Source: an uncultured virus (IMG/VR IMGVR_UViG_3300001528_000811)
Lineage: Duplodnaviria; Heunggongvirae; Uroviricota; Caudoviricetes
Length of the DNA stretch: 20,000 nt
Direction: 5' to 3' (one strand)
Virus record (IMG/VR): IMGVR_UViG_3300001528_000811
Positions within the stretch are counted from its first letter, which is position 1; each line of letters opens with the position of its first letter. The notes under the pieces were generated by a model. It was not told the DNA's origin. It ran no database searches and worked only from the letters and a program-made list of their open reading frames with translations. Below, one piece after another: positions 8,767 to 17,143 of this stretch. The translations under genes were made by a program, and so were the position numbers.

Positions 8767-9497
8767 AAGAATTGATAGATTTTAAGGATAATTTAAGAAA
8801 AGTATTTATGAATATTTATATTAAATCTAATTATAATTGGTATTATTTTTTAAAATCTGCAGAACATTTAAGAAATGATGCTTTAAAGCAAAGTAAAGCT
8901 TTAAATGATACATCTTTGGCAGGACAAATAAGAGGTGAGATTGCAGAAATAATTTTAGAAGTAAAGATAATAGATTTTATCAAAAAAAACAGATTACCTT
9001 GGTTTATAGTAAAGTCTTTAACAATTCCTCGTACAGATAAGAAACAAAAAAAGACAACGGAATTGGATTTAACTTTATTCACACCAACACATATAATTCT
9101 TTTTGAAATAAAATCAAGAAAAGGAAAATATATTTTAAAAGATGAATGTAATTTAATCTCTAGTGGTTTTGATTATAATTCAAACGTATATAAACAAAAT
9201 ATAATGCATTTAGATAATTTAAGATATTTTCTGGGAGATGCAATCTTAACTATGAACAAAGAAAAACCTTTTAAGTTTGTTTTGTTTCTTGATGATATTT
9301 GTGATTGTGTTGATAAAAGAGATTTTAATAATAAACAAAAATATCAGCTTTTAAGATTAAATGATATAGATAAATATTTAGCAAATGAGTTAAAATATAC
9401 ATCACAAATTTGGGATATGCAAAAAATAAAAAATATTTTAATAAAGTTAAATAATGAGTCAGAAAATAATTTTTTAAAACATATGAATGTTAAATAA
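8757..9497 (+). CDS. NERD-domain / PD-(D/E)xK nuclease
   Basis: GEIAE ... TELDLTLFTPTHIILFEIKSRKG matches the NERD pattern (GE..E; EiD.l......i.viEvK...G), followed by a downstream Q...H (KQNIMH). TTG start with RBS GAGGAGG 8743-8749, overlapping the polymerase stop. Confidence 0.8.
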   Translation: MEIKELIDFKDNLRKVFMNIYIKSNYNWYYFLKSAEHLRNDALKQSKALNDTSLAGQIRGEIAEIILEVKIIDFIKKNRLPWFIVKSLTIPRTDKKQKKTTELDLTLFTPTHIILFEIKSRKGKYILKDECNLISSGFDYNSNVYKQNIMHLDNLRYFLGDAILTMNKEKPFKFVLFLDDICDCVDKRDFNNKQKYQLLRLNDIDKYLANELKYTSQIWDMQKIKNILIKLNNESENNFLKHMNVK

Positions 9498-9549
9498 TTG
9501 AGAATTGTTTAATATTTAATATTTTAATTTTTAAGGAGGTGTTTTTAAA

Positions 9550-9984
9550 ATGATAAAAATTGATTTAAATAAATTTAAGAAAGGTATGGAAATAATATTA
9601 GATGCTTCATTTCAACGAGTAACAGTTGAAACACTATATAAAAAATTATTTATTGAAAATACAGAAATAAATAATTTAATAATACAAGAATTAGAAAGTA
9701 TGAAAGATATACCTGAAGATTTAATTGTGAATTATAAAAAATTAGTTGATTTTTTATCAAATTGTAAAAAATTTAATTTTGATTTAAAATTTAATAATAT
9801 AAAAATAAAAAATATAATAAAAAAAGATATATCTACATTTGTAGAAAATAATTTTAATTTAGATATAAATAATATAGAAATTAAATATGCCATATGTGAA
9901 AATACAAAAATAGATTTGCCTATGAATACCTTACTAGTTGATTTAGAAAAAGGAGATAATTATGTATTCACAAATATTAACTAA
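9550..9984 (+). CDS. Hypothetical protein (144 aa)
   Basis: RBS AAGGAGGT 9533-9540. It overlaps the primase start. Confidence 0.8.
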   Translation: MIKIDLNKFKKGMEIILDASFQRVTVETLYKKLFIENTEINNLIIQELESMKDIPEDLIVNYKKLVDFLSNCKKFNFDLKFNNIKIKNIIKKDISTFVENNFNLDINNIEIKYAICENTKIDLPMNTLLVDLEKGDNYVFTNIN

Positions 9985-10723
9985 ATTAGTTAATAATATA
10001 TATGCAAGTGATTATTTAAAACAAAAAAATTTATTGGAATATTTTTGTAATAATATAAGAAAAATAGATTTAAATATTTTATTAGATTGTAAAGCTTTTA
10101 TAGTAATATCTGATAGATATTTATTAAATTTTGATAAGGATTTAGATATTTATCCTGAGTTAAATATATATCAAAATGGTAAGTGTAAATTTTATTCTCG
10201 TTTAATATTACCCATTTGGGGATTTGATAATCTGGTACATTCTTTCGTTATATATGATGATGGGCATAGAGATGGTGGGATAATATTAGATAGGTCAAAT
10301 TATACGGCATATGAAACTTTAAATAATTCTGGATTTGAAAAAGGTAGATTTTGGTTTTCACCTCCTAATACTTTTAGAAAAGCATATGAAGAAAAATATA
10401 TTGCAATAACAGATGGAGTTTTTGATGCTTTGGCTTTAAATGCTATTGATATTCCAACAGTTTCTTTATTATCAAGTAATTTAACAAAATACCATAGAGA
10501 ATATTTAAAGTTTATTAAAAATTGGGTAGTGTTTGCTGATAATGACAGAGCAGGGACAGAATTATTTAATTATTGTAAAGATTTTAATAATCATTGTATA
10601 CGTTATAAGTTTAATAAAGAATTTAAAGATATTGATGAGTATATAAAACTAAATGGGTTTAATAAAATAAAATCTAATATAAATAAAGCCAAATCTCAGG
10701 GATTTATGTTAGATATAAATTAG
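9962..10723 (+). CDS. DnaG-like TOPRIM primase catalytic core lacking the zinc-binding domain
   Basis: FYSRLILPI (cf. F..RimfPI), IAITDGVFDALAL (cf. iivEG.fD.l), DxD motif FADNDRAG (10538-10546) and KDIDEY (cf. KDpde). No CxxC/CHC2 motif at the N-terminus. Confidence 0.85.
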   Translation: MYSQILTKLVNNIYASDYLKQKNLLEYFCNNIRKIDLNILLDCKAFIVISDRYLLNFDKDLDIYPELNIYQNGKCKFYSRLILPIWGFDNLVHSFVIYDDGHRDGGIILDRSNYTAYETLNNSGFEKGRFWFSPPNTFRKAYEEKYIAITDGVFDALALNAIDIPTVSLLSSNLTKYHREYLKFIKNWVVFADNDRAGTELFNYCKDFNNHCIRYKFNKEFKDIDEYIKLNGFNKIKSNINKAKSQGFMLDIN

Positions 10724-10731
10724 GTGAATAT

Positions 10732-11007
10732 ATGAATATATATGATTATTTAAATGAAATAAAAGAAAAAGAATTAACACCAAATATAGTGGAAGATTTT
10801 TGTAATTATTTAAAAACATGTAATATTAAATTAGATTTATCTAAATTTAATAATACTGAATTAGAAATATTAAAAAGTAATTTATTGGATTTAATATGTA
10901 GAATAGAGATTGGTAATAATCTTTTTAAAAAAAATTCTGTAAATATTATAAAAAAGTATTGTACAGAAATTTATTTTGAAATAATTTTAATATTAGAAAA
11001 ACTATAA
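10732..11007 (+). CDS. Hypothetical protein (91 aa)
   Basis: RBS AGGTG 10722-10726 and ATG start, packed tightly after the primase. Confidence 0.7.
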   Translation: MNIYDYLNEIKEKELTPNIVEDFCNYLKTCNIKLDLSKFNNTELEILKSNLLDLICRIEIGNNLFKKNSVNIIKKYCTEIYFEIILILEKL

Positions 11008-11128
11008 ATGTTTAAGTGTTTTTAATATATAAATTTGGTATTGAATAGTCAAAGAATGAAATTATATATTTATTATTTTTTGATTATTTTAATATAAATA
11101 TTTTTATTATATTTAGGAGGCAAAGAGT

Positions 11129-12814
11129 ATGGATTTATTAAGTATTATCAACAGTATTACAGAAACAATTGAAAATGTAAAGAATGGAAACAAAGACAGC
11201 ACTATGTTTAATCAAGATGAGTTTTTTAATGCCGCAGATGTACAATTGAAAAAACATGCAGGTGAACCATTGGCAAAATTTTGTTGGATTTCTCCTGTAA
11301 TGTTAAATTTTCCTTTTAATCCAATTGATGCAAAGGATACAACATTTAATTCTAGAAACAAGTTTTTATTAAAAACTGATGCACTGTCTGGTTGGTTAGC
11401 TATAAAAGAAATAATGAGAACTAATAAAGAATTGCATGAAATGTATGCAAAATTACTTGGAGTATCTGTAGAAGAATATAGTCTTGAACCTGTTATAGAA
11501 TATTTACCTGATGGTACTTCTTATGAATACGTTTCAAAAGAAGATATGCAGTTAATTAATCTTTTTAAGATACCTGTACAATTATCTTTATTTACACAAA
11601 AAATGACAACTGTAGCAACAGGAAAATATGGAAGAGAATTTAGAACACCTTTAAGATTAGATGGTGAAGGTCAGATTTTGGAAGAAGATACAAATACAGT
11701 AGCCTATATGATATTAAAATTAGAACAACAAATACGTGCAGAAAAGTTAGGTTATTTTAATTTAAATCATGAAGGAATAACTTTAACATCAGATGATAAA
11801 GATAATAAAGAAGCTATAAGAAAATCAATGCAAATCAGCTATCCAAGACTATCAGGAGTTACATTGATGCAGGAACTAGTAATAGATAAATCGACAAACA
11901 AGTTAGCAACTTTAGCTCCAGAGGAAGCATCTTTTGATAAGACTTTAGTATATTCAAATTGTGCTAAAAAATTCCTTGAACAGCTTCAACGATTAATAGG
12001 AAAGAAAGATGATTATTATCCTAACTATCTTTTAATAAAGGTATCATATGGTAATGTAACTGATAAAAATTCTCCAGAATATTATATAAAGTTACATGAC
12101 TCTAGAGAGATAGTTCTGAATGATTTACCTAACTGGAGACATTACACAAAAAAATATATAGATTATTTTATGGAGAAAGAGAGTATAAAAAGTGTAGATA
12201 AAGCCATAAATGCACTTGCTAAAGCGATAAAATTTTCAGACCCAAGAGCAATGATAGGACAAACAACTTTAAGTGTAGGGGATACTTTTCATGACCCTTT
12301 AACCGGAGAAGAAAGGGAAGCTAATGAGTTAGATGTTCAAATAGCTAGAATACAGGATTTTGATAGAAATTATATGGAATATAATGCAAAAGGTATGGAA
12401 GGTAAATATGAGACAATAATAAAATCTAATGTAATGAAATATAGATATTTAGCTGACTCAGCAATGTTTGCAGCTTATGCACCTAGAGTAGCAGAAATAA
12501 GACAATTTATAACTCCTCAAATTTTTGAAGAGTTTGGTAAATTATTATCTAAAGCCTCACCTGCAACTTATGCAGAATTGAAAGATGGTTACAATAATAA
12601 TCGTTTAGCTATATCTTTTGCTAATACAATTGCAGGAACTGGAAAAGAAGCAACCAAAGAAGAAACAATGAAAGCTTTGGAAGAAATGAATAAATTAGAT
12701 GTTCAGGAAGCTCTTGAAGGAGATTTACCTGAAGAGGATACTAATGATGCTATGTCAGAAAATATTAATAATATTCCTGAAGGAATTGAAGTTAAGACTG
12801 TAGATTTAGCTTAA
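11129..12814 (+). CDS. Hypothetical protein (561 aa) with a strongly acidic C-terminal tail; possible ssDNA-binding or recombination protein
   Basis: RBS AGGAGG 11115-11120. Tail EEMNKLDVQEALEGDLPEEDTNDAMSE...DLA. It lies between the primase and SbcCD. The ORF is certain; the function is inferred. Confidence 0.6.
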   Translation: MDLLSIINSITETIENVKNGNKDSTMFNQDEFFNAADVQLKKHAGEPLAKFCWISPVMLNFPFNPIDAKDTTFNSRNKFLLKTDALSGWLAIKEIMRTNKELHEMYAKLLGVSVEEYSLEPVIEYLPDGTSYEYVSKEDMQLINLFKIPVQLSLFTQKMTTVATGKYGREFRTPLRLDGEGQILEEDTNTVAYMILKLEQQIRAEKLGYFNLNHEGITLTSDDKDNKEAIRKSMQISYPRLSGVTLMQELVIDKSTNKLATLAPEEASFDKTLVYSNCAKKFLEQLQRLIGKKDDYYPNYLLIKVSYGNVTDKNSPEYYIKLHDSREIVLNDLPNWRHYTKKYIDYFMEKESIKSVDKAINALAKAIKFSDPRAMIGQTTLSVGDTFHDPLTGEEREANELDVQIARIQDFDRNYMEYNAKGMEGKYETIIKSNVMKYRYLADSAMFAAYAPRVAEIRQFITPQIFEEFGKLLSKASPATYAELKDGYNNNRLAISFANTIAGTGKEATKEETMKALEEMNKLDVQEALEGDLPEEDTNDAMSENINNIPEGIEVKTVDLA

Positions 12815-12835
12815 TATAGTATAAATTTAATAAAT

Positions 12836-12883
12836 ATTAGAAGGAAATATTAAATATAGATTTATTTAATAAATCCTTCTAAT
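12836..12883 (+). terminator. Stem-loop after the 561-aa gene, probable terminator or 3' stabilising hairpin
   Basis: ATTAGAAGGA-aa-TATTAAATA / loop TAGATT / TATTTAATA-aa-TCCTTCTAAT, starting 22 nt after the stop. There is no immediate U-tract, so intrinsic termination is uncertain. Confidence 0.55.
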
Positions 12884-13018
12884 TCCATGATATTTATTTT
12901 TTAAATCTAATTTCTTTATTTAATATTTTATATTTTTCTTTATGGTAATTTTTATTTTACTCCAATATTAAATATTTTGTTGTATTTTTTTATTTTACTT
13001 AAATATTTAATATATTGA

Positions 13019-13084
13019 TTTTTAACTTATAAAAATATTAAATTAAATATATTATTTAGATTTAATATTTTTATAAGTTAAAAA
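13019..13084. repeat. Perfect 25-bp inverted repeat, extendable to a near-complete hairpin
   Basis: TTTTTAACTTATAAAAATATTAAAT (13019-13043) pairs with ATTTAATATTTTTATAAGTTAAAAA (13060-13084). The inner TAAATA/TATTTA also pair, with one bulged G. Confidence 0.9.
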
Positions 13085-13188
13085 ATTTTAATATTTAATA
13101 TTTTATTTTTTACTTAAGAATTAATGGGGAATAAACTTTAAGTATAATAAATATATTTAAAAAATTCCCCCATAAAAGGAGGTAAAAG

Positions 13189-14583
13189 ATGAAGTGGAAA
13201 AAAATAATATTATCTAATTGTCAATCTATAAAATATGCAGAATATGAATTATCTTCAAATTTAACAATAGTAGAAGCTCCTTCAGAAACCGGTAAAAGTA
13301 TTTATATAAAAATGTTAAGGCTTTTATGTAATTGGAATAGCATAAGCAAAGAAGAGCGATTATCTATTATACGTAGAGATATAAAGGGAGATTATATTGA
13401 AAATTGTGCATCAATGAGGATAGTATTAGAAAATGAACAGTCTTGTTTATTTTATGTTTATAAACAAGATTTATTAGATTGGAGATTACTCGACGAAAGT
13501 GATAATATAATTAAAAATGGTTTTGGGGAAGTACCTGAATTAGTAAGAAATTTTTTAGGTATAAAAAAAATAGAAAGTTTTAATAGAGTTATTTCTATAA
13601 TAGATAATGAAGAAAAAATTGCTTATGATAGCACAGACCCAGTTCAAAATTCTGAACTAGTTAAAATGTATACAACTCATGTTGAATTAGAAAATAGATT
13701 AAAAAATGCTGAGGAAGCATTAAAAGAACTTCAGAATAAAAAAACAAATGTTAGAAAACAAATAGATTATTTGGAAGAAGATTTGAGGTTAAATTACGGA
13801 AATTTTAATTTGGATTTTTTAGAAAATAGAATATCTTATTTAAAAGAAACAAATAATAAATTAAATATATTTTATAATTTAAAAAATATATTATTAAATA
13901 TAGCTAACAAGAAAATGCCAAATGTTATAGAGTTTAATAGTTTGGAAGAGCGAATAGTAAATTTAAAAAATAAAAAAAATATAATTTTGGCATTGCTTCC
14001 TTTATATTCTTTAAATCATAAAGTTCCAAATATTATACAGGTAAATGATTTAGAGAATATAAACACTACATTTAATAATTTAAGCGTTCAAGAAAAAATA
14101 TTAAATAATTTTTTAATTTTAAGAAAATGTTTAAATGATTTAATTAATAAAAAAATTATAGTTGAAGATTTAAATTTCTTAAATTTAAAATTTATAAATA
14201 ATATTTCATTATTCTTGAATAATTTAAGTGTCGAATTAAATAGAAAAAATAATTTAAATATAGTAGAAGAACCGAAATTAAATTTAGATAATTTGATGCA
14301 AATAATAAATATTCTATTTTATTTGTATACTGAAATGTCTAATAAAATTGACATAAATATAATAGGTGAAAATATTTTATTAGAAAATCTAAATACTTTA
14401 ACGATAAAAAGAAAATTATTATTTAGTCTAAATACGTTAAGATATAAATTAAAAACATTAGAAGATTTAGATTTAACTAAAACTGAAATTGATTATTTAT
14501 ATTCGGAGTATCTAAGAAACAATCCAACATGTCCAACATGTGGACAATTATTACAGTCTGAAATTGGAGAGTGTTGTATATGA
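13189..14583 (+). CDS. sbcC: SbcC/Rad50-like ATPase, N-terminal half (Walker A to zinc hook)
   Basis: N-terminus MKWKKIILSNCQSIK (cf. i.l.NF.S), Walker A APSETGKS (13276-13299), a coiled coil, and a CPTC zinc hook (14530-14541) 14 residues before the stop. This ORF has no Walker B. Confidence 0.85.
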   Translation: MKWKKIILSNCQSIKYAEYELSSNLTIVEAPSETGKSIYIKMLRLLCNWNSISKEERLSIIRRDIKGDYIENCASMRIVLENEQSCLFYVYKQDLLDWRLLDESDNIIKNGFGEVPELVRNFLGIKKIESFNRVISIIDNEEKIAYDSTDPVQNSELVKMYTTHVELENRLKNAEEALKELQNKKTNVRKQIDYLEEDLRLNYGNFNLDFLENRISYLKETNNKLNIFYNLKNILLNIANKKMPNVIEFNSLEERIVNLKNKKNIILALLPLYSLNHKVPNIIQVNDLENINTTFNNLSVQEKILNNFLILRKCLNDLINKKIIVEDLNFLNLKFINNISLFLNNLSVELNRKNNLNIVEEPKLNLDNLMQIINILFYLYTEMSNKIDINIIGENILLENLNTLTIKRKLLFSLNTLRYKLKTLEDLDLTKTEIDYLYSEYLRNNPTCPTCGQLLQSEIGECCI

Positions 14584-15686
14584 TATTTAATAATGTAAAA
14601 AATAAAACAACACATTTTCACATAGTAGGGGATTTACATTTATGGGATAAAAATATAAGGTCACATGTAAATTATATAAAAGAATGTGTAATAACTTTAA
14701 AAAAAATAATAAGTCATATAAAAGAAGCTAAAGAAAAATATCCCAATGATTTGCATTATATTATATTATTGGGTGATATTTTTAATAGAGAATTTTCCAA
14801 CAATGAACGAATTTATTTTAATTTATACTATCAATATTTTTTAATAATACGTGGAATAGTTAATGATATTTTTTGTGTAGTAGGTAATCATGAACAAAAT
14901 TATCCTAGAAATAATCCATTTTGGAATTTAATATCTCAAATAGAAGAAAATGTTGAACTTCATAATTCTCATTCAGTATTCGGATTATTACCTATATTAA
15001 GAGTAGTTGATAATATAGAAATTAATAATTGTCTATTACAATTTCAGCATTTTGGGGAGCAGGCAAAGCTAGATATCAATTTTAATAAATATAGATCTAA
15101 ATTTTTATTTGCTCATGAGATATATATGAATAGTCAATTATTATCTGTAATAGAAAATGAATTAGGTGAAAATCAAAAATACAAATATATAAAATGGATG
15201 GAAATATTGGAAGATGATTATAGAATATGTAATTATGATGAATGTTTTATGGGACATATTCATTCAATAATAGGGGATTGGAGAATAAGATGGAATAATG
15301 GAGAATTGACAGGACTTCATTATCTTGGTTCTCAAATACCTGTTAGTAAAGATGAATATATTCATACACCTAATTATAGATATATAAAAGATTTAATAAT
15401 TGCGCCGAATGGTGAGTTTAATATTCAAACAGATAAATATTTAATAACTCCTATAAATGAAGCTTTAAAAATAAATCAAATCAAAAAAGATGAAGTAGCT
15501 TATGAAAAAGTCAAAGAGAAGAAACAGCTGTTTCAAAAACATAAAGATATAAAGTTTAATGGACAAGACCCTATAGAAATTTTAACTAAAGAATATGAAA
15601 ATGATATAGAAAAGTTAGAAGTTTTTAATAAACTTGAAACAGGAATAATACCTGATAAATTAAAATCTAGAATGATTTTATATTAA
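14580..15686 (+). CDS. sbcD: SbcD/Mre11-like metallophosphoesterase nuclease
   Basis: Motifs GDLH, LGDIF, VGNHE, AHE, GHIH and YLGS in canonical order. ATG 14580 forms an ATGA overlap with the upstream stop (ORF track start is GTG 14571). Confidence 0.9.
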   Translation: MIFNNVKNKTTHFHIVGDLHLWDKNIRSHVNYIKECVITLKKIISHIKEAKEKYPNDLHYIILLGDIFNREFSNNERIYFNLYYQYFLIIRGIVNDIFCVVGNHEQNYPRNNPFWNLISQIEENVELHNSHSVFGLLPILRVVDNIEINNCLLQFQHFGEQAKLDINFNKYRSKFLFAHEIYMNSQLLSVIENELGENQKYKYIKWMEILEDDYRICNYDECFMGHIHSIIGDWRIRWNNGELTGLHYLGSQIPVSKDEYIHTPNYRYIKDLIIAPNGEFNIQTDKYLITPINEALKINQIKKDEVAYEKVKEKKQLFQKHKDIKFNGQDPIEILTKEYENDIEKLEVFNKLETGIIPDKLKSRMILY

Positions 15687-15731
15687 TTTAAAACATTTAA
15701 TGTGTTTATTAAGAAGTGAGAGGATGATATA

Positions 15732-16046
15732 ATGAATAATAATGATATAATGAAAACTTTGAATATAAATAAAGAAGAGGAGATTTTGAAAGAAATTCAA
15801 ACTTTAAATCAGAAAAATAGAGAAGAACGAGCAGTATTAAACTCAACGATAGCACAGACAACAAATCAAATACAAGCATTGTTAAATGCTAATCCAGAAT
15901 ATGCTAATATGATTGACGTAAATAAATTATCTGATTTAGAATATGTTAATACTATTTTTAATAATTTTTTATTGATGTTTGAACGAGAGAAACAGGATTT
16001 TAATAAAAAGGCAACTGAAGCTTTAAATTTATTAAAGAATATTTAA
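15732..16046 (+). CDS. Small coiled-coil protein (104 aa), possible third piece of the split SbcC
   Basis: Two heptad-like helices separated by a Pro-containing turn (NANPEY). RBS GAGAGGA ~15718-15724. It lies between the SbcC halves. Confidence 0.65.
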   Translation: MNNNDIMKTLNINKEEEILKEIQTLNQKNREERAVLNSTIAQTTNQIQALLNANPEYANMIDVNKLSDLEYVNTIFNNFLLMFEREKQDFNKKATEALNLLKNI

Positions 16047-16060
16047 AAGGGTGTGAGAAC

Positions 16061-17143
16061 TTGAAATTTACTATAAATATAAAAAAAGAAACTTTAAGTT
16101 ATTTCAAATCTTTAATTTCAAGTGAAGGCATAAATTTAGTATTAGCTAGAAAAGATAAGGTTTTATTTTTAAGTGAAGATAAAAATGGAATTATAAAAAT
16201 TGTAAATTTTCATACCTCTTGTGATGAAGAGTTTAATTTTAAAATTTCAGCTTTAACATTAGAAAGTTTAGCAATGATAGGATATTTAACTTTTAAAAAT
16301 GATGAGTCATCTAACGAACTTTGTATAGGATATACATCAGATGAAAAATCTTCAAAAGTAGAAAAATTTAGACAGGTAGTGAGAGAGCCTTTAGAGATTA
16401 TGAGTTATGATGCTTATTCAGTTTATTTAAATATTTTTACATCTAATGAGACTATAACTGATAGTGAGAATTTTTCGCAATATTTTAATATAATGTTAAA
16501 AATGTGTGCTATAAATGAAGAAGGAATTCAATTCAAAAATAATTTAATATATAATATTTCAAACAATAAATATATCTATGTAGATGTACCAAATATGAAT
16601 GCGAATTTTGCTGTAACCAATAGCCATTTAAAGGAATTAATAAAAATAAAAGATACTCAAACTTTTACAAAATTTAATAATTATTTAATAGCAAAAACTA
16701 AAGGTATATATACTTTAGCTATAAGTACAGCATATATAAAAGAAGATTTTTATATACCGGAAGTCTTTAATAATGATAGTATGGCATCATTGCATTATAC
16801 AGCAAATTTAATAACTGTAAATGAATTTTTAAGAAGCATGTCAAAAACTACTATAAATAAATTAACAACAGTTAAATCTTATATAGATATAAAGAAGTCA
16901 ACTTTAAATTTAATTTTAGGGCAAATAAATTTCATTTTTAAATTACAAGATGGTAATTTAGATTTTAATAAAATTGATTTAGATATTTTGAATATTAAGT
17001 TATTTGATTTAATTGATTTATGTAAATTTTTAAATGGTTGTAAAATGGATAATGCAATAATACATTTTTTTGTTTATAAGAAAAATTTAAGATTAAATAT
17101 AAATGGAATAAATATTCTTTTAAGATTGGAAGATATTAAATAA
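16061..17143 (+). CDS. Probable divergent DNA sliding clamp (DnaN/beta-clamp-like), 360 aa
   Basis: Length typical of beta clamps, DnaN-like start MKFTINIKKETL, alternating helix and beta-strand pattern, hydrophobic terminal strand (INILLRL) and replication/repair context. Clamps have no diagnostic catalytic motif, so this is tentative. Confidence 0.5.
   Translation: MKFTINIKKETLSYFKSLISSEGINLVLARKDKVLFLSEDKNGIIKIVNFHTSCDEEFNFKISALTLESLAMIGYLTFKNDESSNELCIGYTSDEKSSKVEKFRQVVREPLEIMSYDAYSVYLNIFTSNETITDSENFSQYFNIMLKMCAINEEGIQFKNNLIYNISNNKYIYVDVPNMNANFAVTNSHLKELIKIKDTQTFTKFNNYLIAKTKGIYTLAISTAYIKEDFYIPEVFNNDSMASLHYTANLITVNEFLRSMSKTTINKLTTVKSYIDIKKSTLNLILGQINFIFKLQDGNLDFNKIDLDILNIKLFDLIDLCKFLNGCKMDNAIIHFFVYKKNLRLNINGINILLRLEDIK

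Noticed and set aside
7594..10414. GAT decoded as Glu to explain both E->D substitutions
   Set aside because: GAT encodes invariant catalytic Asp residues elsewhere in the window (polymerase motifs A and C, SbcD GDLH, Walker B DE), so the code appears standard.
2277..10723. Stop-codon reassignment (TAG readthrough, as in some large phages)
   Set aside because: Coding density is already high under the standard code. The two TAG stops (2277, 10721) are followed in frame by TAA or TGA within a few codons and would not fuse ORFs.
11129..12814. Major capsid protein or chimallin-like nuclear shell protein, based on size and apparent abundance
   Set aside because: No recognisable sequence similarity, no neighbouring head genes, and the context is replication and recombination. 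Size alone is not evidence.
14530..17143. SbcC as a pseudogene or interrupted by a mobile element, intron or intein
   Set aside because: The intervening DNA consists of intact, functionally related genes with translational coupling. No transposase, homing endonuclease or splice motifs are evident.
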